In this document: piece after piece, positions 47,536 through 57,034 of the stretch | Numbering within the stretch: position 1 is the stretch's first letter | How the letters are laid out: the number at the start of each line of letters is the position of its first letter | Assembly: GCA_965203515.1 (NCBI GenBank) | Contig: OZ241907.1 | Location: 1,437,730-1,501,729, forward strand | Direction of reading: 5' to 3' | From: Spirochaetia bacterium | Lineage (GTDB): Bacteria; Spirochaetota; Spirochaetia; SZUA-6; Bin103 | Length of the DNA stretch: 64,000 nt | Notes under the pieces: generated by a model | What the model saw: only the letters and a program-made list of their open reading frames with translations | The model's database searches: none | Told to the model about the DNA's origin: nothing | Translations under genes and position numbers: made by a program

Positions 47536-48552
47536 CTAGCTAGCCTGGCGCCGCTCGCCCGGCTCGGCCCGTTCCGCCGCGTCCAGGGCGCCGGCGAACA
47601 CCTGCTCGATCACGTCCTCGATCGGCGGGTCCTCGACCGTCAGGTCGCCGACCGGCAGATCGGCCAGCAGCCGCGCCGTGACCTGCGGCGTCTCCGCCTT
47701 GGGCACCCGCAGCGTGTGGCGGCTCCCCTCGGAGGCGACCACCTCGCCGTAGCGCGACAGGTCGGCCGCGTCGCGGTCCAGCTCGACGATGATCGTCTTG
47801 AGCGGAGAGAACCGGCGGACCAGCTCCTGCAGCGCGCCGTCGAACAGGATGCGGCCGTGGTCGATGACGATGATGCGGCTGCAGAGCGCCTCGACGTCGG
47901 CCATGTAGTGGCTGGTCAGCAGCACGGTCGTGTGGCGCCGGCGGTTGTAGTCGGCCAGAAACGAGCGGATGCGCCGCTGCATGGTCACGTCCAGCCCGAT
48001 GGTCGGCTCGTCCAGGAACAGCACCTGCGGCCGATGCAGGAGCGCCACCGCGATCTCGCACTTCATCCGCTCGCCCAGCGACAGATTGCGCACCGGGCGC
48101 TCGAGCAGCGGCGCCAGGTCGAGCAGGTCGGTCAGCTCGTCCAGGGTCCGCCGGTAGTCGGCCGTCGGCACCCGATAGACGACCCGGTTGCGCTCGAACG
48201 AGTCGATCACGGGGATGTCCCAGAGGAGCTGGTTGCGCTGCCCCATCACCAGCGTGATGCGGCGCAGGAAGGCGCGCTCGCGCCGCGCCGGCACGTGGCC
48301 CAGCACCCGCGCCTGGCCCGCGGTCGGATAGAGCAGGCCGGAGAGCATCTTCAGCGTGGTGGTCTTGCCGGCGCCGTTGGGGCCCACGAAGCCCACGAAC
48401 TCGCCCGGCTGCAGGGCGAAGGAGACCCGGTCGACCGCCTCCACGGCGCGGGTGGTGCGCCGCACCACGCTGCGCAGGGCGGCGCGCAGGCCGGCCCCCC
48501 GTTCCGGTACGAGGTAGGTCTTGGTGAGCTGCCGGACGTCGACCGCGAGCAT
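47536..48552 (-). CDS. ABC transporter ATP-binding protein (ABC-2/DrrA type)
   Basis: Walker A GPNGAGKTTTLKML, signature LSLGERMKCEIAVAL, Walker B VLFLDEPT. Real start is M96 of the track ORF. Confidence 0.8.
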   Translation of the reverse strand: MLAVDVRQLTKTYLVPERGAGLRAALRSVVRRTTRAVEAVDRVSFALQPGEFVGFVGPNGAGKTTTLKMLSGLLYPTAGQARVLGHVPARRERAFLRRITLVMGQRNQLLWDIPVIDSFERNRVVYRVPTADYRRTLDELTDLLDLAPLLERPVRNLSLGERMKCEIAVALLHRPQVLFLDEPTIGLDVTMQRRIRSFLADYNRRRHTTVLLTSHYMADVEALCSRIIVIDHGRILFDGALQELVRRFSPLKTIIVELDRDAADLSRYGEVVASEGSRHTLRVPKAETPQVTARLLADLPVGDLTVEDPPIEDVIEQVFAGALDAAERAEPGERRQAS

Positions 48553-48673
48553 CCCGGCATCATAGCGCCGGCGGGCGGCGCGCGCCGGACGCCGCCCGCG
48601 CGCCCCGGGCACGGAGACGCCGCGCGACGGGTCGGCGGTCATGGCGCGCCCGTCGGTGCATAATGACCGGCCG

Positions 48674-49708
48674 ATGCCGATCGAAGTGCCCCGCGCCCCG
48701 CGCCGCCTGCGTCCGGCGGCGGCGCTGCTGGCCGCGGCGGCGGTGGCCGCCGCCGCGCTGACCGGCGCCGGCTGCTTCCTGCTGCCGCAGGAGGAGGAGA
48801 TCCTGGCGCCGCCGCTGGTCGAGCCGCCGCCGATCACCTACCGCACGGTGACCGTGGAGCGGGACACCATCGAACGCCGCGTCGTGGTCGGCGGCGCCAT
48901 CGTCTACCCAATGCAGATCGCGCTGCAGTTCGGCGAGCGCTCCGGGCGGCTGGAGGAGGTGCGCGTGCGGCTCGGCGACCGGGTCGAGGCCGGTCAGGTC
49001 CTGGCGACGCTCGACACCGACACGCTGCGCCTCGACGTGGAGCGCCAGCGGATCAAGCTGCGCCGCGCGGAGCTCGGCCTGCAGCGGGCCGCGGCGCTGG
49101 GCGCCGACCGCCTGCAGCAGGAGATCAGCCGGCTCGACGTGGCGTTGGAACGCCTGGCGCTGGAGCAGCTCGAAACCGAGCTGGCCAAGTCGACGCTGCG
49201 CTCGCCGATCGACGGGGAGGTGGTGTTCGTCACCCGCGTCTTTCCCGGCGAGCCGATCGGCGCCCGCCAGACCGTGGTGCAGGTGGCCGACCCGCGCGAG
49301 CTGCTGTTCGCCTATCAGGGGCAGCGGGACGACGAGTTCTCCCTCGGCAGAGCGGTCACCGTCAACCTGCGCGGCGACACCTACCCCGGCGCGGTCGTCA
49401 TGACCCCGCGCAACGTCCCGCTCGACGCGCCGGAGGAGCTGCGCGACGTGGTGCTGATCCGCGTCGACGCGCCGCCGGAGGCGCTGACGCGCGGCCAGAC
49501 CGGCACCGCGTCGATGGTGGCCGACCGCCGCGAGGACGTGATCGTGCTGCCCGCCGACGCCGTGCAGACCTACGTCAACCGCAAGTTCGTGTTCGTCCTG
49601 GAGGATGAGCTGCGGACCGAACGGACCGTGGAGGTGGGCCTCTCCACCCCCACGCAGGTGGAGATCGTCGACGGCCTGCGGGTCGGCGAGCAGGTGGTGC
49701 TCCGCTGA
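48674..49708 (+). CDS. HlyD/MacA-family periplasmic adaptor (membrane-fusion) lipoprotein
   Basis: Lipobox LTGAGC, coiled-coil hairpin and beta-barrel MFP domains. Confidence 0.7.
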   Translation: MPIEVPRAPRRLRPAAALLAAAAVAAAALTGAGCFLLPQEEEILAPPLVEPPPITYRTVTVERDTIERRVVVGGAIVYPMQIALQFGERSGRLEEVRVRLGDRVEAGQVLATLDTDTLRLDVERQRIKLRRAELGLQRAAALGADRLQQEISRLDVALERLALEQLETELAKSTLRSPIDGEVVFVTRVFPGEPIGARQTVVQVADPRELLFAYQGQRDDEFSLGRAVTVNLRGDTYPGAVVMTPRNVPLDAPEELRDVVLIRVDAPPEALTRGQTGTASMVADRREDVIVLPADAVQTYVNRKFVFVLEDELRTERTVEVGLSTPTQVEIVDGLRVGEQVVLR

Positions 49709-49716
49709 GCGCGCCG

Positions 49717-52578
49717 TTGATCGCCCGCCGCGTTCGCGGCCGCGGCTGGCTGGCGATCGCGCTGGCGGCGGCGGCCACGCTCAGCGTGGCGCTGCTCGCC
49801 TCCACGCCGATGTACGCCGACGGGGTGCTGCAGCGGCTGCTCACCCGCGACCTGGAGCGCCACCAGCAGCGCACCGGGCGCTACCCCGGCGCCGCCGTCC
49901 TGGAAATCGATCTGTATGGGCTGCGCCGGCGCGCCGAGCGCGCGCCCTACGTCCATGAGATCGACCGGGAGCTGACCGAGCGCCTGGTGCCGGCGCTGCG
50001 GGTGCCGATCATCGCCGAGATGCGGCAGTTGCGTATGGACTACCTGTACGACGTCCGGCCCGCCGAGCACGGCGAAACCAAGGTGTTCGCCCGGGTCGAG
50101 GCGATCGAGCACCTGGACCGGCACGTGACGATACGCCACGGCCGCATGTTCGAGCCGCGCCCGGCCGGTCCGGCCGGAGACGGGCCGGGCGGAGACGGTA
50201 CGGCCGTCTATGAGGCGATCGTGACCGAGGAGGCGTTTCGCGATCTGGATCTGCAGCTTGGACGCACCTATCAGTTGTATGACCTGCTCGGCCACGTGCC
50301 GCGGCTGCGCATCGAGGTGGTGGGGACATTCACCAAGAGCGACCCGCGCGACCCGTTCTGGTTCGGCCGCTTTGCCCGGCTTTCCACCAGCTACCTGATC
50401 GACTTCCCGACCTTCGAGCGCGACTTCCTGCAGACCGAGGCGCGCAACATGACGCGCGCCTGGTGGCACTACGCCATCGACTACCACGAACTGACGATCC
50501 GCGACGTGCCGAACGTGATGCGGCGCCACGCGGACTACGTGCGCCTGGCGTCGCCCGCCGGCGTCAGCTTCAGCTTTGCCATCGCCCCGCTCCTGGAATC
50601 CTATCTGCTGCGCGCGGCCACGCTGCGGCGGACCCTGTCGTTCCTGCAGATACCGTCGGCGTTGCTGCTGTTGCTGTTCGTGGCGATGCTGTCGCAACTG
50701 GTCATCGACGGCGACCGCGCGGAGATCGCCGTGCTGAAGAGCCGCGGCGCCGCCGGCCGGCAGATCCTCTCCGCCTACCTGATCGAGGCGCTGCTGTTGG
50801 GGGCGGTCGGCCTGGGGCTCGGCCTGCCGCTGGCGGTGCTGATCGTGCGGGTGATCGGCGCCTCCAACGGCTTCCTGGACTTCGTGGCGCGGCCGGCGCT
50901 GCCGCTGCTGCTGAGCTGGCGCATGCTGGGCTACGCCCTGCTCGGCGTTGCGATCTTCGTCGGCTCGCTGGTCGTGCCGCTGGCGCGCGCCACCGGCCTG
51001 TCGATCGTGGGCCTGAAGAGCCGGCACGGGCGCGCGCCGCGCTCGCTGCCGTGGCAGCGGTACGGGCTCGACGCGCTGCTGCTGGCCGTGGCCGGCTACG
51101 CGTTCTTCTCGTTCCGGCAGCGGCAGGCGATCCGGGAGCTGATCCCGGCCGAATCGGCGCCGCTCGACCCGCTGCTGTTCCTGGCGTCGACCGCCTTCAT
51201 CCTGGGCGCCGGTCTGCTGACGCTGCGCCTGTTTCCGATCGCGGTGCGCGCCGTCTTCCGCCTGGGGCGCGGCGTGTGGCCGCCGGCCCTGTACGCCGGT
51301 CTGGTGCAGGTGGGCCGCTCCCGCGGGCGCGAGTACTTCGCCATGACCTTCCTGATCCTGACCCTGGGGGTGGGCCTTGCCAGCAGCACCACCGCCCGCA
51401 CGATCAATCGGAGCGCGGAAGACGACATCTCCTATCAGGTGGGAGCGGACGTCGTGCTGCTGCCGGAGTTCCAGAGCGACGCGCCGCCGGCGAGCGAGGA
51501 GGATCTCGACCCGCTGGCGGCCCCGGCGGCGCCGACCGGCGCGGCGCCGGCGGTCCAGTACCGGGCGCCGCCGCTGGAGCCGTTCCGGGCGCTGCCAGGC
51601 GTGGAGCGGCTCACCACCGTGTTCCGCGCCCCGTCCGCCGGCATGGTGATCCCCGGCAACCGGCGGGTGGCGGTGCAGGTGATGGCGGTGGTGCCGCACG
51701 AGTTCGGACGCATCACCTGGTTCCGCAACGATCTGCTGCCGGCCCACCTCAACCGTCACCTCAACCTGATCGCCGACGCGCCGACCGGCGTCCTCCTGTC
51801 GGCCGACGCCCGCGACCGGCACGGCGTGCGGCTCGGCGACCTGGTGCGGCTCACCTGGAAGCGGCAACTGCCGATCCAGGCGGCGGTGCTCGGCTTCGTC
51901 GACTATTGGCCATCGTTCGACCCGACCGCCGCGGCCGGCGGCGGCCGCCCCCCGCCGACGTTCGCGGTGGCCAACTTCGATTACGTGTTCGCCAAGATGG
52001 CCACGGAGCCGTACGAGCTGTGGATCGACCTGCAGCCGGGCGCGCCGAGCGGTCCGCTGTACGCCGCCGTGGAGGAGCGGGAGCTCCGCGTGCTGGAGAT
52101 CCGGGATACCTCGCAGCTCACCATCGAGGCCAAGAACGACCCGCTGCTGCAGGGCACCAACGGCGTCCTCACCTTCGGCTTCATCACCGCCGTGCTGGTG
52201 AGCGTGACCGGCTACGTGCTGTTCCTGGTCTTCGCCTTGCGCGAGCGCGCCCTGCAGTTCGGACTGCTGCGCGCCCTGGGTCTGCGCCGGCGGCAGGTGG
52301 TCGGCATGCTGGTGCTGGAACAGCTCCTCACCGGCGGGTTCGCGATCGTCGCCGGGCTGGCGATCGGGCAGCTCGCGGCGCTGCTGTTCGTGCCGCTGCT
52401 GCAGCTTGCCGGGCCTGCCGCCGAGCAGCTCCTCCCCTTCCGGGTGGTCGCCCTGCGCAGCGACTACCTCCGCTTCTATGCGCTGGCGCTCATCATCATG
52501 GCGGCCGGCGGGGCGCTGTTCCAGTCACTGGTGCGCCGGCTGCGCGTCCACGAGGCGCTCAAGCTGGGCGAGGAGTGA
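49717..52578 (+). CDS. large FtsX-family ABC transporter permease (two FtsX domains, MacB/DevC-like)
   Basis: 953 aa with two 4-TM FtsX modules and large extracytoplasmic domains. No cognate ATPase is adjacent. Confidence 0.7.
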   Translation: MIARRVRGRGWLAIALAAAATLSVALLASTPMYADGVLQRLLTRDLERHQQRTGRYPGAAVLEIDLYGLRRRAERAPYVHEIDRELTERLVPALRVPIIAEMRQLRMDYLYDVRPAEHGETKVFARVEAIEHLDRHVTIRHGRMFEPRPAGPAGDGPGGDGTAVYEAIVTEEAFRDLDLQLGRTYQLYDLLGHVPRLRIEVVGTFTKSDPRDPFWFGRFARLSTSYLIDFPTFERDFLQTEARNMTRAWWHYAIDYHELTIRDVPNVMRRHADYVRLASPAGVSFSFAIAPLLESYLLRAATLRRTLSFLQIPSALLLLLFVAMLSQLVIDGDRAEIAVLKSRGAAGRQILSAYLIEALLLGAVGLGLGLPLAVLIVRVIGASNGFLDFVARPALPLLLSWRMLGYALLGVAIFVGSLVVPLARATGLSIVGLKSRHGRAPRSLPWQRYGLDALLLAVAGYAFFSFRQRQAIRELIPAESAPLDPLLFLASTAFILGAGLLTLRLFPIAVRAVFRLGRGVWPPALYAGLVQVGRSRGREYFAMTFLILTLGVGLASSTTARTINRSAEDDISYQVGADVVLLPEFQSDAPPASEEDLDPLAAPAAPTGAAPAVQYRAPPLEPFRALPGVERLTTVFRAPSAGMVIPGNRRVAVQVMAVVPHEFGRITWFRNDLLPAHLNRHLNLIADAPTGVLLSADARDRHGVRLGDLVRLTWKRQLPIQAAVLGFVDYWPSFDPTAAAGGGRPPPTFAVANFDYVFAKMATEPYELWIDLQPGAPSGPLYAAVEERELRVLEIRDTSQLTIEAKNDPLLQGTNGVLTFGFITAVLVSVTGYVLFLVFALRERALQFGLLRALGLRRRQVVGMLVLEQLLTGGFAIVAGLAIGQLAALLFVPLLQLAGPAAEQLLPFRVVALRSDYLRFYALALIIMAAGGALFQSLVRRLRVHEALKLGEE

Positions 52579-52629
52579 CTGGGCGAGGAGTGAACGAGCC
52601 GGCCGCCTGCCGCATGCGGACCGGCCGGC
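52564..52629 (+). repeat. perfect 15-bp tandem duplication of the FtsX stop region (ctgggcgaggagtga x2) followed by a GC hairpin (GCCGGCCG...CGGCCGGC with internal CCGCATGCGG palindrome)
   Basis: Direct reading. The first TGA is the gene stop; the duplication creates a second in-frame copy of the last 4 codons plus stop. Confidence 0.8.
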
Positions 52630-52654
52630 AATCGGTATAGAATGGCGCCGCGCG

Positions 52655-53665
52655 ATGGCTGAACTACCGACCACGGTCACCCCGCCGGCGCCGCCGGCCG
52701 AGACGGCCGCCTCGCAGGCGCTGCCGGCCGATCTGCGCCGGCGCCTGCGCGCCGAGCGCTGGCAGCGCGTCAGGCAGATGCGGACGCTCTACCTGCTGTT
52801 CCTGCTGCCGCTGGCGATCTTCGTCGTCTTCCACTACCTGCCGATGTACGGCAACATCATCGCCTTCAAGGACTTCCGGCTCGGCCGGGGCTTCTGGGGC
52901 AGCCGCTGGGTCGGCCTGCAGCACTACGAGGACTTCTTCCGCAACCCGTACGCGTGGCGGATCATCCGCAACACCGTGGTCATCAGCGGCCTCAAGCTGC
53001 TGTACGGCTTTCCGGTGCCGATCCTGCTGGCGCTGCTGATCAACGAGCTGAACAGTCAGTCCTTCAAGAAGACGGTGCAGACCGTCTCCTACCTGCCGCA
53101 CTTCATGTCCTGGGTCATCCTGGCCACGATCCTGCACGAGATCCTGTCGCCGCAGAGCGGCCCGCTCGCGCAGATCGCCATCTGGATGGGCCGGCCTCCG
53201 CCGGAGGTGCTCACCACCGGCTCCCTGTTCCGGCCCATGCTGATCGTCACCGAGATCTGGAAGGAGATGGGCTGGCAATCGGTGATCTATCTGGCGGCGC
53301 TCGCCTCGATCGACCCGGAGCTCTACGAGTCGGCCACCGTCGACGGCGCCAACCGGGTACAGCGGGCGGTCCACATCACGCTGCCGTCGCTGCTGCCGGT
53401 CATCACCATCCTGGCGATCCTGCGCATCGGCAACCTGCTCAACGCCGGCTTCGACCAGATATTCAACCTGTACAATCCGCTGGTCCGTGAGGTGGCCGAC
53501 ATCATCGACACCTTCGTCTACCGGCGTGGCCTGGGCGGCGAAGGCGGCCGCCACCAATACGACTTCGCCGCCGCGGTGGGGCTGTTCAAGAGCGTGATGG
53601 CGGTCCTGCTGATCCTGGGCGCCCACAAGATCGCCCGCCGGCTGACCGGCCAGGGGGTCTGGTAG
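52655..53665 (+). CDS. carbohydrate ABC transporter permease (LplB-like)
   Basis: BPD_transp_1 with EAA loop (LYESATVDGANRVQRAVHITLPSL). Confidence 0.8.
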   Translation: MAELPTTVTPPAPPAETAASQALPADLRRRLRAERWQRVRQMRTLYLLFLLPLAIFVVFHYLPMYGNIIAFKDFRLGRGFWGSRWVGLQHYEDFFRNPYAWRIIRNTVVISGLKLLYGFPVPILLALLINELNSQSFKKTVQTVSYLPHFMSWVILATILHEILSPQSGPLAQIAIWMGRPPPEVLTTGSLFRPMLIVTEIWKEMGWQSVIYLAALASIDPELYESATVDGANRVQRAVHITLPSLLPVITILAILRIGNLLNAGFDQIFNLYNPLVREVADIIDTFVYRRGLGGEGGRHQYDFAAAVGLFKSVMAVLLILGAHKIARRLTGQGVW

Positions 53666-53666
53666 T

Positions 53667-54572
53667 TTGGCCGAGGCACGGGCGCTGCGGCGGCGGAGCG
53701 CGGGAGCGGTCGTCTTCGACCTGGGCAATACGCTGCTCATGACGCTGTTCGCGCTGTCGATCCTGCTGCCGTTCTGGATCATGCTGGTGCTCTCCTTCAC
53801 GCCCAACGAATGGGCCAACGACCTGGGTCTGAAGCTCTGGACCCGCGAGTGGAGCACGGCGACCTACCGGTTCGCCCTCTCCAGCTACGGCGACGTGGTG
53901 CAGGCGTACGGCAACTCCATCCTGCGCACGGTGCTGGGCACGGCCGCGATCCTGGCCGCCACGGTGGCGGCCGCCTATCCGCTGTCGAAGAAGCGGCTGC
54001 CGGGCCGGACCTTCATGACGGTCGTGATCCTGATCACCATGGTCTTTTCCGGCGGCTTCATCACCCTGTGGCTGGTGGTGCGCAGCGTGGGACTGCTCGA
54101 CTCGCGCTGGGCGCTGATCCTGCCCAGCATGGCCAACGGCTTCTACATCCTGATCATGCGCAACTTCCTGATGACCATCGACGACGCCTACGAGGAGGCG
54201 GCCTTGATCGATGGGGCCGGCTACCTGCAGATACTCACGCGCGTGGTGCTGCCGCTCTCCAAGCCGGTGCTGGCGGTGATCGCCCTGTGGGCGGCGGTGT
54301 TCTATTGGAACGAGTGGTTCCACGCCCTGATCTTCATCAACGACGAATCGAAGCTGGTGCTGCAGCTCATCCTGCGCCGCATGATGCGGCTGCTCACCTC
54401 CGACGATCTGTTCGACATGCTCGACTGGGCCGATCAGCAAGGCATCATCCTGCCGACCAAGGCGGTGCGCGCCGCGGTGATGATCCTGACCATCGGCCCG
54501 ATCGTGCTGGCCTATCCGTTCCTGCAGCGCCACTTCGTCAAGGGCATCTTCGTGGGCGGGCTGAAGGGATAG
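53667..54572 (+). CDS. carbohydrate ABC transporter permease (LplC-like)
   Basis: EAA loop AYEEAALIDGAGYLQILTRVVLPLSKP. Confidence 0.8.
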   Translation: MAEARALRRRSAGAVVFDLGNTLLMTLFALSILLPFWIMLVLSFTPNEWANDLGLKLWTREWSTATYRFALSSYGDVVQAYGNSILRTVLGTAAILAATVAAAYPLSKKRLPGRTFMTVVILITMVFSGGFITLWLVVRSVGLLDSRWALILPSMANGFYILIMRNFLMTIDDAYEEAALIDGAGYLQILTRVVLPLSKPVLAVIALWAAVFYWNEWFHALIFINDESKLVLQLILRRMMRLLTSDDLFDMLDWADQQGIILPTKAVRAAVMILTIGPIVLAYPFLQRHFVKGIFVGGLKG

Positions 54573-54662
54573 GCCAGGATGACGATGACGTATCCGTATA
54601 CCGGCGCGTTGCCGCCGGTTTGCGCCGGACGGCGCAGAAAACACATTTCACAGGTGGTACGA

Positions 54663-56306
54663 ATGAAACGAGTACTATTCATGACTTGCGCCGCAGCGCT
54701 GCTGCTGGCTCCGATGGCGCTTTACGCCGAAGGCCAGGACGAAGCCGGCGCGGCCGAGGTGACCGAGATGACGTGGATGAGCCAGTACACCGACTCCTAC
54801 GCATTCAAGGACATGCAGGAGCGGTTCGGCGTCACGGTCACCAGCAACGGCATCTTCGAGAACGACGGCGAGAAGCGCAACCTGATGCTGGCCGCCGGCG
54901 AGCAGCCGGACTTCGGCAACTGGTGGGGCAATCCGGTCGAGTTCTATCAGGATGGAGTCAACCGGCCCATACCCAAGGCGTGGGTCCGCGAATACGCGCC
55001 CAACATCGCCCAGATGTACGACGACTATCCGCTGGCCTGGAACACCTGGGAGAACCCCGACAATCCCGACGAGCTGCTGGCGATCAACGGCATCTCCCTC
55101 AACACCGACGGCAACCTGATGCTGCCGTTCTTTCGCTACGACCGCGCCGCCGAGGTCGGGCTGGAGATGCCCGGCTATGACGACGGCAAGGTCTCCCTCG
55201 ACGTGCACGGCCGGGTCTTCTACTACGACTACGACATGACCTGGGCCGAGATGGGCGACCTGCTGCGCGGCTATCGCGATGTGCAGCCGGGCACGGTCGA
55301 GATCCCGCTGGGCGCCTGCAACCTCACCCACTGGTGCCTCAATCAGTGGCTGGGCGCGTTCGGCATTCGCGGCGACGGCACCAACCGTGAGGTCGACGGT
55401 CAGCTCTACTACTTCCATACCGACCCCGGCATGAAGGAGTTCATCAAGGCGTTCGGCGCGTGGTTCGAGGAGGGGCTGATCGACCGCGAGCTGCCGACCC
55501 TGAACCGCGACAAGTACTGGGAGAAGGGCCAGGCCGGCCTGTACGGCGTGCAGTCGGAGCCGTACACCAACGCCGGTCAGACCTATGCCATGTACCGGAC
55601 CCCCAACAACATGGTGCCGGCCGAGGAGCTGGGGCAGCCCGGCGCCGAGGTGGTCGGCATCCCGCCGATCATCGGCCCCGGCGGCGAACGCGGCGGACGC
55701 GCCTACTCGCCGATCGCCGGCGTCGGCAACTACAAGTTCTACGCCAGCGCGTCGGTCGATGACGCCAAGCTGATCAGGATGCTGGAGATGTTGGACTTCT
55801 ACATGGGCACCATGGAGGGGTGGATCATCTTCCGCAATGGCCAGGACGGCATCCACTTCGACTGGGACGGCGACCCGTACGAGTCGTTCGCCCGCAACCG
55901 GCCGGAGAGCGAGCTCCCCGCAGGGCAGGGCCACGGCGGCGTATCGGCCTACCCGGTCTTCTACACGCTGGACCGGCTCAAGATCATCGCTCCCCGGCCG
56001 CTGGCCGACTTCCAGAGCGGCTACGCGCTGGTCGACGGCGGCGCCAACGTCTACACGTTGCGCGCGCACCGCGCCGACTTCTTCACCGAGACCGAGTACG
56101 AAGACCTGCGCCAGCGCTTCATGGCGACCTTGAACACGATGTGGGAGGAGTTCTTCTACCGGGGAATCACCGGCCAGATCGACGTCGACGCCGAATGGGA
56201 CGCCTACGTCCAGGCGTGGAGCGACGCCGGCGGGGCGGACATCGTCGCCGAGCTCGCCAAGGCGCCGATCGTCAACGAGTTCCGGCAGGGCCGACGCGTC
56301 TACTGA
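54663..56306 (+). CDS. extracellular solute-binding lipoprotein (LplA-like sugar/oligosaccharide ABC substrate-binding protein)
   Basis: AGGTGG SD, signal peptide with Cys (VLFMTC), approx. 545-aa SBP_bac_1-like. Confidence 0.75.
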   Translation: MKRVLFMTCAAALLLAPMALYAEGQDEAGAAEVTEMTWMSQYTDSYAFKDMQERFGVTVTSNGIFENDGEKRNLMLAAGEQPDFGNWWGNPVEFYQDGVNRPIPKAWVREYAPNIAQMYDDYPLAWNTWENPDNPDELLAINGISLNTDGNLMLPFFRYDRAAEVGLEMPGYDDGKVSLDVHGRVFYYDYDMTWAEMGDLLRGYRDVQPGTVEIPLGACNLTHWCLNQWLGAFGIRGDGTNREVDGQLYYFHTDPGMKEFIKAFGAWFEEGLIDRELPTLNRDKYWEKGQAGLYGVQSEPYTNAGQTYAMYRTPNNMVPAEELGQPGAEVVGIPPIIGPGGERGGRAYSPIAGVGNYKFYASASVDDAKLIRMLEMLDFYMGTMEGWIIFRNGQDGIHFDWDGDPYESFARNRPESELPAGQGHGGVSAYPVFYTLDRLKIIAPRPLADFQSGYALVDGGANVYTLRAHRADFFTETEYEDLRQRFMATLNTMWEEFFYRGITGQIDVDAEWDAYVQAWSDAGGADIVAELAKAPIVNEFRQGRRVY

Positions 56307-56335
56307 TCCGATACCGTTCGGTTCTACCGGTTATA

Positions 56336-56370
56336 GAGGAGCGGCCGTATCGGCCGCTCCTCGCTTCTAT
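56336..56370 (+). terminator. rho-independent-type terminator after the SBP gene (perfect 11-bp stem GAGGAGCGGCC/GGCCGCTCCTC, 5-nt loop, T-containing tail)
   Basis: Direct reading. Confidence 0.6.
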
Positions 56371-56373
56371 GCT

Positions 56374-56979
56374 GTGGGGCAAACGGTGAAAGCGCTCACG
56401 CGGTCAGGCAACCCTGAGTTCGCGGCGTTGCCGGCGCCCGACGGCGAGTGGACGGCGGAAGACTATCTCCGGCTGAGCGGCCGCACCAATCGGCTCATCG
56501 AGTTCACCTGCGGATGCATCGAGGTGCTGCCCATGCCGACCGACCAACACCAAGCCATGGTCGAGACCCTGTTCCTGCTGCTGCGCGCCTACGCGGCGCG
56601 GACGCACGGCAAGGCGCGCTTCGCCCCGTTGCGGCTCCGCATCGGCCCCGCACGGTACCGGGAGCCCGATATTCTCTTCCTCCGCTCGGCGCAGGATCCG
56701 CGCCGTCAGGATCGCTTCTGGACCGGCGCCGATCTGGTGGCCGAGGTGGTGAGCCCCGACGATCCGGAGCGCGACCGCACCGCCAAGCGCTCCGAGTACG
56801 CCGCGGCGGGAATCCCGGAGTATTGGATCGTCGATCCGCTGGCGGCGTCGATCACGGTGCTGCGGCTCGAAGGCAGCGTCTACGTCGAGAACGGCCGCTT
56901 CCGGCGCGGGCAGACCGCCCGGTCCGCGCTGCTCGACGGGTTCCGTGCCGACGTGTCGGAGATCCTCGACGCCGAGTAG
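56374..56979 (+). CDS. Uma2-family endonuclease (DUF820, PD-(D/E)XK)
   Basis: ...CIEVLPMPTDQHQAMVETL...DILFLRS...GADLVAEVVSP...EYWIVDP is the Uma2 signature. Confidence 0.75.
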   Translation: MGQTVKALTRSGNPEFAALPAPDGEWTAEDYLRLSGRTNRLIEFTCGCIEVLPMPTDQHQAMVETLFLLLRAYAARTHGKARFAPLRLRIGPARYREPDILFLRSAQDPRRQDRFWTGADLVAEVVSPDDPERDRTAKRSEYAAAGIPEYWIVDPLAASITVLRLEGSVYVENGRFRRGQTARSALLDGFRADVSEILDAE

Positions 56980-57034
56980 CGAGTAGCGACGCCTCAGCCG
57001 TCAACGCCCGGTCCGGCCGACGGCGCCGACCGAG

